Below are positions 26,371 to 36,002 of a stretch of 64,000 nt of DNA, in pieces. The DNA lies in the IMG/VR virus record IMGVR_UViG_3300022200_000019, positions 1-64,000 of that record, one strand, 5' to 3'. Within the stretch, counting starts at the first letter, position 1, and each line of letters opens with the position of its first letter. The position numbers and the translations under genes were made by a program. The notes below the pieces were generated by a model, which had not been told where the DNA came from, ran no database searches, and was given only the letters and a program-made list of their open reading frames with translations.

Positions 26371-27569
26371 TAGTTATCCGCCTCTGGTCGTAGCAAATCG
26401 CTTAGACTTTGTTTGCTTGGAATATTACCACGATCAGTTGTAGCTACTGTAGCATTGTTATTAACAAATGAACTACGTTGCGTAGTATTGTCATTGTTTA
26501 AGTAACTCATTTCAGTTCTTACATTATCTTCTACTTTCACCCAACGTGCTCCGTCATATCTAAATAATCTATTTGGATGATAATCCAAACGTAAACAATA
26601 GTCACCACTTCTTGCGTTAATTGGAAAACTAACTCCTGGTGTAACAGGCAAACCGTTTGGTGGCATTGTGTTGCCAGTTAAGTATCCAACCAGATATCCA
26701 TCAGATGTTGGGGACACCAAACTGCGGTCTGCTCTGACTGCACCCAGGTCTGCTGTTAACAATGAATTATCAGCACTGATACCTGTGCCATCCTCGGGTT
26801 CACCGTCGCTGCCATAAGGAGCAACATAAAACTTACTAACATCATATCCTGCTAGCGGAACTTCTACTTCTGCTTGGGCAAGAATTGCATCATTGATATC
26901 TTTGTTCTTATTGTATGTAGTTAGGTAATCGGTAAGGTCGCCAGTTTCGTTGCCCTTCTCATTGGTGTAGCCATCTAAAATATCTTTGTATTCTTGTGCG
27001 CCCACCATTGGAACTGCTTTAACACGCCAAATGTGCGGCATCCAGGTTTTACTAAAGCCTTCACTAGCAAATGATGCATCCTGAATAACATAAAATTTTG
27101 GCATTCCAATTGGAATATTGGAATCCAGTGGATGAAAATCTTTTAAATTGGGAACCTCAATAACATCGCCTGACATTAGTTTACGACCAACAGTATCAAT
27201 CATATCATTATAATGAAATGTTACAAAGATAGTATCGTTTTGAATGAATAATCCAAACTGACTTAGGTTAAAGTCAATGTCCTGTACATTGTACACACCC
27301 CGCAACCGATAAATAGATTCATCATAATCACGATCTCTGTTTTCCAGTGTAAACAAATCCTCAATAAACAATGGGTCGGTTTCTGAATACACAGGTCTGG
27401 TAACATCATAATTACTGGATTCTGATGAATAATCACCAGACACCTTTGGGCCCAGATACTTATGAATATAAATATCAAGTCCACCAACTGTATACTGCTC
27501 TGAGATCACACTGTCTAGATACTTGTAATCGTTGCGTTTTTCAGGAGACCATAAACTTAATCTTGGCAT
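26370..27569 (-). CDS. gp14: Neck / head-completion protein (gp14-like)
   Basis: FNLSQFGLFIQNDTIFVTFH...GDVIEVP; position in the neck-gene cluster next to gp15 and gp13. Confidence 0.65.
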   Translation of the reverse strand: MPRLSLWSPEKRNDYKYLDSVISEQYTVGGLDIYIHKYLGPKVSGDYSSESSNYDVTRPVYSETDPLFIEDLFTLENRDRDYDESIYRLRGVYNVQDIDFNLSQFGLFIQNDTIFVTFHYNDMIDTVGRKLMSGDVIEVPNLKDFHPLDSNIPIGMPKFYVIQDASFASEGFSKTWMPHIWRVKAVPMVGAQEYKDILDGYTNEKGNETGDLTDYLTTYNKNKDINDAILAQAEVEVPLAGYDVSKFYVAPYGSDGEPEDGTGISADNSLLTADLGAVRADRSLVSPTSDGYLVGYLTGNTMPPNGLPVTPGVSFPINARSGDYCLRLDYHPNRLFRYDGARWVKVEDNVRTEMSYLNNDNTTQRSSFVNNNATVATTDRGNIPSKQSLSDLLRPEADN

Positions 27570-27641
27570 ATTAAATAATCTTTATATGTTGTAATTTAAC
27601 CACAATAAGTACATTTTATGAACTCACGGCAAATTTTTATG

Positions 27642-27649
27642 TATTTATC
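27642..27649 (-). promoter_or_regulatory. Late promoter box (GATAAATA) for the gp14-gp15-NUDIX operon
   Basis: Minus-strand TAAATA core upstream of 27569. Confidence 0.6.
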
Positions 27650-27662
27650 CGCTTTGACTAGG

Positions 27663-27691
27663 TTGACAACATTGGTTCAGGGCTCTATAAT
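27663..27691 (+). promoter_or_regulatory. Host sigma70-type promoter, perfect consensus
   Basis: TTGACA (27663)-17 nt-TATAAT (27686); AGGAG RBS follows. Confidence 0.9.
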
Positions 27692-27720
27692 AAGCAGATA
27701 CTAACAAATAGGAGTTAGCA

Positions 27721-28845
27721 ATGGCCCGTAAGCCTCAAAGCAACAAAATCAAGGCAGCAGCCGCAGAAGCCAAATATGTAGGACAAGAGCCTACTTGGGC
27801 AGAACAGCCTGCTGAAGAAAGTCGCACATCAGCATTAGTTACTGCTATGAACTGGTACAACTATACTTGTGATAGCAAACAAGCCAAGCAAATGATGCTG
27901 GATTACTTCAAAGAGCAAGGCAAAGCCGATGCTTATAAAGTGATTAAAGGCACCGCAGATGCGAAGCTCACTAACACAGTGGGTTGGTTGTGTCGTATGA
28001 GCAATCAAGGGCTAGAGCTTAACGAAAACGAAGTTGAACGCATCAATTTTGAAGTGGAACGTCACGTAAACGATGCTCCGGAAGTTGAAGAAACAAAGGA
28101 AGAAGCAAAGCCCAAAGGTCCCACTATTCAGGAACGTATGCTTGAAAAGGCAAACGAAGCAGCAGGCGAGCTCGAAGGGCTACTAGACAACTTTATTCTC
28201 AATGGATGTAAGCCAGTTAAGGGCGAAAATCCTATTGATGTACTAAAAGTTGCTAACATCCTGCCGCAGCATATTTCAGTAATCACTGATATATGGGAAG
28301 CAAAGCTCGCTGAATTCCGTGCAGCACACGACGGTGACGAAGAAGTTGTTGAGTACTATGCTAATTACGGTAAGATTGAACTGCGCAACCTTGTAAAGTT
28401 TGCCGAACAAGTAATCGCTGACGCACTGAGTTATGTACAGTTTAAGAAGGTTGCCAAGACTCCGCGCCGTAAAAAGCCAGTTCCGCCTGAGAAAGTAGTA
28501 GCAAAACTCAAATATATGAAGGAATTTGGTGATATCAAGTCAGAGAAGCCTGTGAAAATTCTTGGTGCTAAGGAAATGTTTGTGTACAACACTAAGAATC
28601 GCAAGCTACAATACTATGTAGCAGACCAGCACTCAGGTGGGTTATACGTGAAGAACAATGCTATTATTGGTTATGACCCGACTCAAAGCGTTATGAAGAC
28701 GCTTCGTAAACCAGATGAGCAGATTAAAGAGCTTACAAAAGCAAGTAAACCTAACAGCCGTAAGTTCTTCAAAGATATTAAAGCAGTAGAATCTAAACTA
28801 AATGGACGTTTCAATGGGAACCTTGTTATCATTCGAATCCACTAA
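27721..28845 (+). CDS. Hypothetical early protein
   Basis: 374 aa, strong RBS and sigma70 promoter; basic C-terminal part (KLKY...GAKEMFVYNTKNRKLQYY); no function recognised. Confidence 0.6.
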   Translation: MARKPQSNKIKAAAAEAKYVGQEPTWAEQPAEESRTSALVTAMNWYNYTCDSKQAKQMMLDYFKEQGKADAYKVIKGTADAKLTNTVGWLCRMSNQGLELNENEVERINFEVERHVNDAPEVEETKEEAKPKGPTIQERMLEKANEAAGELEGLLDNFILNGCKPVKGENPIDVLKVANILPQHISVITDIWEAKLAEFRAAHDGDEEVVEYYANYGKIELRNLVKFAEQVIADALSYVQFKKVAKTPRRKKPVPPEKVVAKLKYMKEFGDIKSEKPVKILGAKEMFVYNTKNRKLQYYVADQHSGGLYVKNNAIIGYDPTQSVMKTLRKPDEQIKELTKASKPNSRKFFKDIKAVESKLNGRFNGNLVIIRIH

Positions 28846-29620
28846 TCCAATAATTGTATTTTATCCAACATTTGCTGGTGGAAAATTTATAGGAAACTGT
28901 CTATCTTTGAGCAAAAATGTTCTGCCAATGAAAAAAGATTGTGCTCTGTATCTTATGGAACATCCAACAGATTACTTGTATCGTTTAAAATGTATTATGC
29001 AAACAATACCTCCTAAAGATAATATGGATCAATGGAGGGATGGAATCGAATTTGGTGATACTGAATTTTATGGAATAGATTTTTTAGATCGTTGGCTATC
29101 TGGCAAGTTAGATAATACACATATTTTAAATAATCTTTTAAAGAAAGAGTTTAATTTTCTTATTACAGCACATGGAAATGGACATGGCTTGTCCCAAGTT
29201 GCAAAAATATTACAAAATAGCACAATTTTAATTTTATATAACTATCAAGATTTTTATAATATTTCTCTTTCGCTAAAAGGAGGTAATTTAAGTATTGATT
29301 ATTTAGGTAATTATAGAAAAGAAAAATACGAAGACGTGCTAGCTGGGCCTTCGTGGCCGTCCTGGAGTGAATTTAACAAATCATTATTTAATGTGCAATT
29401 TCTTAGCAAAAGTTATGATCATGTTAAGCAAGAAATTGACTATTTCTATGGAGGCGGAAACATTAAAAACAAAATTGTTGGATTTGATATGTCAACAATT
29501 TTTGATCAACAGTTATTTCTGAAAGAAATGCAATTATTATACACTAATATGGGGTATGATGATTTTAATGAAAAGATATTAAAAATTTTCTGGGAATCTT
29601 ACATAGCCCTTCATACTTAA
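28802..29620 (+). CDS. AT-rich cargo gene, possibly sulfotransferase/P-loop-like
   Basis: N-terminal IIVFYPTFAGGKFIGNCL resembles a PAPS-binding loop; GPSWPSWSEF motif. Both candidate ATGs (28802, 28814) overlap the upstream gene, so the start is uncertain. Confidence 0.35.
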   Translation: MDVSMGTLLSFESTNPIIVFYPTFAGGKFIGNCLSLSKNVLPMKKDCALYLMEHPTDYLYRLKCIMQTIPPKDNMDQWRDGIEFGDTEFYGIDFLDRWLSGKLDNTHILNNLLKKEFNFLITAHGNGHGLSQVAKILQNSTILILYNYQDFYNISLSLKGGNLSIDYLGNYRKEKYEDVLAGPSWPSWSEFNKSLFNVQFLSKSYDHVKQEIDYFYGGGNIKNKIVGFDMSTIFDQQLFLKEMQLLYTNMGYDDFNEKILKIFWESYIALHT

Positions 29621-29625
29621 TTTGC

Positions 29626-29633
29626 ACTAAATA
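29626..29633 (+). promoter_or_regulatory. Late promoter box (ACTAAATA)
   Basis: Upstream of gp13, followed by AGGA RBS. Confidence 0.55.
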
Positions 29634-29657
29634 GTGTAATAAGGATGGACAGGACAT

Positions 29658-30410
29658 ATGAGTTTAGATTCTCTAAAGCAAGATCTCTTTAAATACGTTG
29701 GATTAAGATTAGGCGATGGCATTATCGACATCGAACTTGATCCAGAACATTATGAGATCGCTTACCAAGAAGCACTTGGTATTTTTAGACAACGATCGCA
29801 GGCTAGCACGGAAGAAAGCTATGCGTTTTTAACACTCCAGGAAGGACAGGATACTTACACACTACCACAAGAGGTAACACATGTCCGTCAAATTTTCAGA
29901 CGTACTCTGGGGGACGCTACTGGCCCTTATAGTACTAGCTTTGACCCATTTAGCCAGGCTACTCTTAACGTCTACCTTCTAAACTACACTTATGCAGGTG
30001 GTTTAGCTACCTTTGAAATGTATTCACAGTACGTTGAACTTGCAATGCGTATGTTTGGCGGGTTTATGAACTACACATTCAATCCTGTAACAAAACAACT
30101 TCGTGTTGTGCGCGACCCAAAAGGCACAGGTGAAGAAATTCTACTTTGGGTATACAATGCTAAACCAGAAGTAACATTGCTACAAGACTATCAAACATCA
30201 CAGTGGATCAAGGACTATACTACTGCTGCCGCTAAAGTTATTATTGGGCAAGCACGTGAAAAATTTGCTAGTATTGCTGGTCCACAAGGTGGCTCTGCAT
30301 TAAATGGTTCTCAAATGAAGCAAGAAGGTATGTCCGAAAAGCAAGCATTGCTTGATGATTTGCGCAATTATGTAGATGGTTCACAACCAATTACATTCGT
30401 AATAGGATAA
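29658..30410 (+). CDS. gp13: Neck protein (gp13-like head-tail adaptor)
   Basis: LRLG..IIDIELDPEH...A, YTFNPVTKQLR, WIKDYT.A..K.IIGQAR.KF.SI.GPQGG..LNG. Confidence 0.82.
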   Translation: MSLDSLKQDLFKYVGLRLGDGIIDIELDPEHYEIAYQEALGIFRQRSQASTEESYAFLTLQEGQDTYTLPQEVTHVRQIFRRTLGDATGPYSTSFDPFSQATLNVYLLNYTYAGGLATFEMYSQYVELAMRMFGGFMNYTFNPVTKQLRVVRDPKGTGEEILLWVYNAKPEVTLLQDYQTSQWIKDYTTAAAKVIIGQAREKFASIAGPQGGSALNGSQMKQEGMSEKQALLDDLRNYVDGSQPITFVIG

Positions 30411-30414
30411 TAAG

Positions 30415-30882
30415 ATGCGAGCAGGCGAATTTATTCCTAAAGACGAACCGGATATATTAATTCGTATGCGCGATTTAATAAAGCGTATACAAACGATTAA
30501 AAATCCAGAACTAAAGGATAAACTACTACAACTAACTGCGTCTGTTAGAACTATGTCCGATATCGACATGATAGACAGCGCATTGTACAAGTTTGGCGTA
30601 AAAGAACTTAACGAACACGAAATGGTTTGGAGTCGTTCTAAAACTACAACACGCGGTGGTAAAGCAAAACTAAAATGGCGTTGTACTTCTGGCAAGCGTA
30701 AAGGACGTATTGTTCCTTCTGTTTCAGATTGCGACAAGCCAATTGACGTAGCCAAGCGTGAAAAAATGAAGCGCACAAGAGCGCAAACTTACAAACAACA
30801 AGCCCGCAGAAGCGAGCGTTCGAAACGTATTAACACAGCAAGCAGACTGATTCGTGCTTTAAATAAAGCACGCAAAGGTTGA
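30415..30882 (+). CDS. Basic putative prohead-core protein
   Basis: LNE protease-type motif followed by a very K/R-rich C-terminus (KWRCTSGKRKGRIV...KRINTASRLIRALNK), reminiscent of T4 gp68-type core proteins (inference). Confidence 0.45.
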   Translation: MRAGEFIPKDEPDILIRMRDLIKRIQTIKNPELKDKLLQLTASVRTMSDIDMIDSALYKFGVKELNEHEMVWSRSKTTTRGGKAKLKWRCTSGKRKGRIVPSVSDCDKPIDVAKREKMKRTRAQTYKQQARRSERSKRINTASRLIRALNKARKG

Positions 30883-30907
30883 CAACTACTTAACACTCTA
30901 CTATAAT
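30879..30907 (+). promoter_or_regulatory. Host sigma70-type promoter, perfect consensus
   Basis: TTGACA (30879)-17 nt-TATAAT (30902); the GTG start at 30914 sits at the expected +1. Confidence 0.9.
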
Positions 30908-30913
30908 ACCAGT

Positions 30914-31675
30914 GTGAACACAGATAAAAAAATTGTTCTTGTTTGGCCACCTAGTCTTGGCGGAAGCTGGGTTAGCCACACAATACACAAAATGCAAGAT
31001 GACAACAATACTGCATTCGATCAAGACAGTTATCATATGCGTATTTTTGATTCTGCTCCTAGGGAAAAAGGACTAAGCTGTGCGCATTATTATAATGCAA
31101 CACATAAGTTAGAGGTTCAAAGTATTCACAAGAATAACATCCTAAAAGTTTTATCAACACCGTATCCTTTTAATCACTATATTAATAAGGCACATAAAAT
31201 TGTTTTAAATGCCGAAATTTTAGATTATAATGTGTGCGACAAAACGTTAATAGAACAGTTCCACGAGCTTACTGACCATGCCTGGTACATATTAGATGAT
31301 GAATTTTATAAAGAAACATACTATCAAAACTACGACGTTGACTATCAACTAATTTTTACTAATCCTGTGGAATTTTTTGATACTATTTTTGAGTGGTACG
31401 CAGATCATAATATTCCCATTAAAAAAGATTATTCTATAATTGATACGATGGTTAATCAGTATAAACAAACATTATTGAACCCAACCGAGATATACGCAAA
31501 TTACCAAAATTTAATATGGCTTGCGTGGTGTCATGCTATATGTCTGCGTGATAGCATTGTTATAGATATAAACATTGACAACTCATGTACTTTATCGCAG
31601 ATATCAGATATTTTTAAGCTGCGTAGCGAATATTTTGAACAACAAACCAAAGATTTAATTTTTTATTGGGATTAA
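30914..31675 (+). CDS. AT-rich cargo gene, possibly sulfotransferase/P-loop-like
   Basis: IVLVWPPSLGGSWVSHTI resembles the N-terminus of the 28802 ORF. Confidence 0.35.
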   Translation: MNTDKKIVLVWPPSLGGSWVSHTIHKMQDDNNTAFDQDSYHMRIFDSAPREKGLSCAHYYNATHKLEVQSIHKNNILKVLSTPYPFNHYINKAHKIVLNAEILDYNVCDKTLIEQFHELTDHAWYILDDEFYKETYYQNYDVDYQLIFTNPVEFFDTIFEWYADHNIPIKKDYSIIDTMVNQYKQTLLNPTEIYANYQNLIWLAWCHAICLRDSIVIDINIDNSCTLSQISDIFKLRSEYFEQQTKDLIFYWD

Positions 31676-31677
31676 TT

Positions 31678-32199
31678 GTGGACTTAATGCTGGATATTGA
31701 AACTCTAGGTTCTGCACCTGACTCTGTGATTCTTACGATCGCGGCGTGTGCTTTTGATCCATTTTCCGGAACCATCTACGATAAGCATGCAATGTACCGT
31801 CGTATTGATACTGAATGTCAGGACGATAGAAGTATTGATGATCTAACTGTTGAATGGTGGGCAAAACAAAGTTTAGAAGCACAAGAAGAAGCGTTTGGAG
31901 AGCATGATCGTATTCCACTAGAAGATGCCCTTCAGGAACTCAGCAATTTGATCTGGAAATCAAATATTACCTGGGCCAATGGTATATCGTTTGATATTAC
32001 TATTTTGGAAAACGCATTCAAGAGTTATGGGATGCGATTGCCCTGGCAGTACTATAATGTTCTGGATGCCAGAACAGTCTATCGAATGAACCCAGATCAT
32101 GAACGTCTGGGAAACAGTCACCATGCATTCGAGGATGTTATTTTACAGATTAGTTTATTGCAACGTACTTTTAAAAAACTGGGTATCAAAAATCTCTGA
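31678..32199 (+). CDS. DEDDh 3'-5' exonuclease (DnaQ-like)
   Basis: LMLDIETL, WANGISFDITIL, VLDARTV, SHHAFEDVILQ; start refined to GTG 31678. Confidence 0.88.
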   Translation: MDLMLDIETLGSAPDSVILTIAACAFDPFSGTIYDKHAMYRRIDTECQDDRSIDDLTVEWWAKQSLEAQEEAFGEHDRIPLEDALQELSNLIWKSNITWANGISFDITILENAFKSYGMRLPWQYYNVLDARTVYRMNPDHERLGNSHHAFEDVILQISLLQRTFKKLGIKNL

Positions 32200-32533
32200 T
32201 CAGATCCCCTTGTTTCCAGGGCGATTCGCTCTTATCAATTTCCACAACACAATTTAAACAAACACTACGCAGATTTGTGATTGTAGCATCGTTTAAATCG
32301 CCGTTGATATGAAACACCACAGTTTGTGATGCATACTTGGCCTTGAATCCACACAAGTCACAGGTTAATTTTTTCTGATATCCTGTTTGTTTCCATCTGG
32401 GCACAAACGGTTTTTTTCTTTTCCCCTGGCGATGACATGCTCCACACTTGGATCGATAGTGTGGTACTCCATCTTTGTGGTAATTTACAGCACATACCTG
32501 CTTTCCACACACTGAACACATGGGTCTTTTCAT
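32186..32533 (-). CDS. Zinc-finger / degenerate HNH-like protein
   Basis: CSVC...CGAC, then CDLCGF...VFHINGDLND....NLRSVCLNC; start refined to ATG 32533 (late box + 5 nt). Confidence 0.65.
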   Translation of the reverse strand: MKRPMCSVCGKQVCAVNYHKDGVPHYRSKCGACHRQGKRKKPFVPRWKQTGYQKKLTCDLCGFKAKYASQTVVFHINGDLNDATITNLRSVCLNCVVEIDKSESPWKQGDLIRDF

Positions 32534-32538
32534 GTGTT

Positions 32539-32546
32539 TATTTAGC
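32539..32546 (-). promoter_or_regulatory. Late box GCTAAATA, 5 nt before the ATG (leaderless)
   Basis: GCTAAATA-AACAC-ATG, no SD. Confidence 0.65.
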
Positions 32547-32594
32547 ATAAGGCCTTTGCAAAGCCTTGGTAACCGTGCTTTTTACAGTGTATTC

Positions 32595-32602
32595 AATAAA
32601 TA
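32595..32602 (+). promoter_or_regulatory. Late promoter box (AATAAATA) for gp18
   Basis: Followed by GAGGA RBS and ATG 32637. Confidence 0.6.
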
Positions 32603-32636
32603 GATATAACAACAATTTATTGTGAGGACAAACAAA

Positions 32637-35600
32637 ATGGCATTAATTTCTCCAGGCGTTGAAGTTTCGATTGTCGATGAAAGCGCATACCGTTCATCTG
32701 CTACAAACAGCGTTCCTTTTATTCTAATTGCTACAGCACAGAATAAAGTTAACGCAGCAGGCACAGGTGTTGCTGCTGGTACACTTGCTTCAAATGCTAA
32801 CGCTACTTATTTAATTTCAAGCCAACGAGAGCTTGTAAACACTTTTGGTAATCCGTTCTTCTATAACACTACCTCTGGTACACCAATCAATGGTTATGAA
32901 CTAAACGAATATGGATTATTGGCAGCATACTCAGTACTGGGAGTCAGCAACCGTGCATATGTACAGCGTGTTGATGTTGATTTGGCTGAATTGGCTGCTA
33001 GTTTAACTCGTCCAACTGGTGCGCCATCGACTGGAACTTGGTGGTTAGACACTACCGAAAGCACGTGGGGGATTTTTGAATGGAATGCAACTACTAATAC
33101 ATTTGCAAACAAAACTCCAATTGTAATTACCAATACATCTGATCTTACCGCAGGGGTTCCTAATTCCAGCATTGGAACAGTAGGATCGTACGCAGTAGTA
33201 GCTACTAATGTGAACAATCCAGTATACTATAAAAATATCAGCAACAATTGGGTGTTGGTTGGCAGTGATGATTGGAAAAATAGTGTTCCAGCAGTTAGCG
33301 GATCAACCGCTTCACCATCACTTGTGGCAGGTGAAACAGTTACACTTAACGGAACCACAGTTACATTAAGTGGCACAACTGTATCAAGTTTTGCAAGTGA
33401 TATTAACAGTGCTGGTATTTCTGGCATCACAGCAGCAGTAGTTAGTAATAAACTTGTGATTTATGTGGCAGATTTATATGTAACTGGTACAGAAAGTGAC
33501 AGTTCTGAAGATCACAGCGTAGTATTAGCCGATACGTCAGGAACCCCATTTGCAGATTGTGGTATCACTGTTGGCACATACAATGCACCAACATTGCAGT
33601 ACAGCACGCACGCAGTAATCCCACGTTGGAGAAGTTCAGATACTACTCCTAGACCTACTGGAAGTGTTTGGGCTAAAACCACAAATGTTAACAGCGGTGC
33701 AAATTTAAGTGTTAAGAGATATGATGCTACAGTTGGTACTTTTGTGAGCCAAAGCGTACCATTGTATGCAAATGATGCTGCTGCAAACTATGCATTAGAT
33801 GCTAGTGGCGGCGGTACAAACATCTCTGCAAACAGCACTTATGCAGAATATGATGTAACAAACAACAACAGTGCGCTAGTTAAAATTTATCAGCGCCAAG
33901 CAAGTGGAAACACAGTTGTTACTGGTAGCAGCACTAGTCCCACGTTTACTAATGGTGAAACATTTAGAATTAGTGCAAGCGTTGCGGGCAGTACTAGTAT
34001 GAGTACTCCTGTGTTAGCAACACTTGGTGGAACCACTGCATCTGATTTTGTCGCGGCAGTGTTAGCAGCTAATGTAGCTAACGTAACAGCAACGGTGTTA
34101 ACTTCAGGAGCAGTTAGAATTACCCATACACAAGGTGGTGTAATCCATCTGTGGGAAGAGTCAGGAACACCTGTTGCTGATGCTGGCATCACAACCAGTG
34201 TTGACGGGGTTCGTGTTCTGTATGAAGATGGTACCAATGTAGGATTGGTACTAAGCAATTGGGTTCCTCTGGAAAACCCAGATGGCACAGCATACTCTGC
34301 TAATAGCACAGCACCAGGACAAGATCCAACAGACGGCACTTACTGGTATTACAGTGCTATTGATGAAGTGGACATCATGATCAACGACAATGGTTCTTGG
34401 AAGGGTTATTTAAATGTAACCAACGATGTTCGTGGATTTGATTTATCTAATACCGATAGTTATGGCCCACAAGTCAGCGCAACAGCACCAACCACGCAAA
34501 GCACGGCTAGTGGTGGTGGAGCACTTGAATATGGTGATTTGTGGATTGACACATCAGATTTAGAAAATTATCCGTTAATTAAACGTTGGGAAAACGTCGA
34601 TGGATTAGATCAATGGGTATTAATTGACAATACAGATCAAACCACAAGCAATGGTGTTATATTTGCAGATGCACGCTGGGCAGCAAATGGGTCAACTGAT
34701 CCTGTAACTGATAGCATTCCAGATATTGCTGCAACATTATTGTCTAGTAATTATGTTGATATTGATTGTCCAAGCGCAGCATTGTATCCAGATGGAACAC
34801 TATTGTTCAATACTCGCCGTTCAGGTTATAATGTTAAAGCATTTAGATCAAACTACTTTAATTCAACTGATTTCCCAAATGATGCGTTGCCAACCATCAA
34901 GGATGCCTGGGTAACTGCTAGCGGAAACAAAAATGATGGCAGCCCGTACATGGGCCGTCAAGCACAACGTAGTATTATTATCGAAGCGATGAGAAGTGGA
35001 ATTGACTCAAATACTGAGATCCGTGAAGAACAGAGAGCGTTTAATCTAATTTCTGCACCAGGGTATCCTGAGCTGATTTCAAACATGGTGGCATTAAACA
35101 ATGACAGAAACAATACTGCTTTTGTTGTTGGTGATACCCCACTTCGCTTAGATGATAGTGGAAGTAGCTTAATTGGTTGGGCCACCAATAACGGTGGTGA
35201 AGGTGTTAGCACTGCTGATGGACTAGCAAATAATGATCCATATCTGGGTGTTTTCTACCCAAGTGGACAAACAAATGATCTGAGTGGTAACACAGTAGTA
35301 GTGCCTGCAAGTCATATGATGATTCGCACAATTGTACGCAATGACGAGATTGGTTATCCATGGTTAGCACCGGCTGGTGTACGACGCGGTACAATTGATA
35401 ATGTCAACGCACTAGGATATGTAAATGCACAGACTGGCGCATTTGTACAAATTGCAAACCGCAACAGTGTCCGCGATACACTTTACGAAAATAACGTTAA
35501 CCCGTTAACCTTTATTCCTGGATCGGGATTGGTTAACTATGGTAACAAGACCACACAAAGCGGAACAGCGTTGGATCGTATTAATGTAGCTCGATTGGTT

Positions 35601-35894
35601 GCATTTGTTCGTCAACAGGTTGAATCAATTGGTAAAGGATATATTTTCGAACCAAATGATAAAATTACACGTGACGAAATCAAGAATCAGATCGAAGGTT
35701 TGATGAACGATCTAGTTGCAAAACGTGGTATTTACGATTACCTGGTTGTGTGTGATGAATCAAATAACACACCGAGCAGAATCGATCGTAATGAACTTTA
35801 CGTGGACATTGCTATCGAGCCAGTTAAAGCCGTGGAATTTGTGTACATTCCAGTACGCATCAAGAACACTGGCGAGATTTCAGCAGGTTTATAA
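32637..35894 (+). CDS. gp18: Tail sheath protein (gp18), enlarged
   Basis: MALISPGVEVSIVDES, ELVNTFGNP, WLAPAGVRRG, RDTLYENNVNPL, LDRINVARL, YIFEPND..TR, EPVKAVEFVYIP; start refined to ATG 32637. Confidence 0.96.
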   Translation: MALISPGVEVSIVDESAYRSSATNSVPFILIATAQNKVNAAGTGVAAGTLASNANATYLISSQRELVNTFGNPFFYNTTSGTPINGYELNEYGLLAAYSVLGVSNRAYVQRVDVDLAELAASLTRPTGAPSTGTWWLDTTESTWGIFEWNATTNTFANKTPIVITNTSDLTAGVPNSSIGTVGSYAVVATNVNNPVYYKNISNNWVLVGSDDWKNSVPAVSGSTASPSLVAGETVTLNGTTVTLSGTTVSSFASDINSAGISGITAAVVSNKLVIYVADLYVTGTESDSSEDHSVVLADTSGTPFADCGITVGTYNAPTLQYSTHAVIPRWRSSDTTPRPTGSVWAKTTNVNSGANLSVKRYDATVGTFVSQSVPLYANDAAANYALDASGGGTNISANSTYAEYDVTNNNSALVKIYQRQASGNTVVTGSSTSPTFTNGETFRISASVAGSTSMSTPVLATLGGTTASDFVAAVLAANVANVTATVLTSGAVRITHTQGGVIHLWEESGTPVADAGITTSVDGVRVLYEDGTNVGLVLSNWVPLENPDGTAYSANSTAPGQDPTDGTYWYYSAIDEVDIMINDNGSWKGYLNVTNDVRGFDLSNTDSYGPQVSATAPTTQSTASGGGALEYGDLWIDTSDLENYPLIKRWENVDGLDQWVLIDNTDQTTSNGVIFADARWAANGSTDPVTDSIPDIAATLLSSNYVDIDCPSAALYPDGTLLFNTRRSGYNVKAFRSNYFNSTDFPNDALPTIKDAWVTASGNKNDGSPYMGRQAQRSIIIEAMRSGIDSNTEIREEQRAFNLISAPGYPELISNMVALNNDRNNTAFVVGDTPLRLDDSGSSLIGWATNNGGEGVSTADGLANNDPYLGVFYPSGQTNDLSGNTVVVPASHMMIRTIVRNDEIGYPWLAPAGVRRGTIDNVNALGYVNAQTGAFVQIANRNSVRDTLYENNVNPLTFIPGSGLVNYGNKTTQSGTALDRINVARLVAFVRQQVESIGKGYIFEPNDKITRDEIKNQIEGLMNDLVAKRGIYDYLVVCDESNNTPSRIDRNELYVDIAIEPVKAVEFVYIPVRIKNTGEISAGL

Positions 35895-35921
35895 TAGAAT
35901 AAATTATTATAATAACTTTAT

Positions 35922-35949
35922 AAGGGGCCTTAAATGGCCCCTTTTTTTT
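35922..35949 (+). terminator. Intrinsic terminator after gp18
   Basis: AAGGGGCC-TTAAAT-GGCCCCTT followed by a T-run. Confidence 0.88.
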
Positions 35950-35963
35950 GTTTGGGTGATTTG

Positions 35964-35971
35964 CATAAATA
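35964..35971 (+). promoter_or_regulatory. Late promoter box (CATAAATA) for the tail tube gene
   Basis: Followed by AGGAG RBS and ATG 36003. Confidence 0.7.
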
Positions 35972-36002
35972 ATAGCATATACTTTAATTAGGAGAAACAA
36001 AA

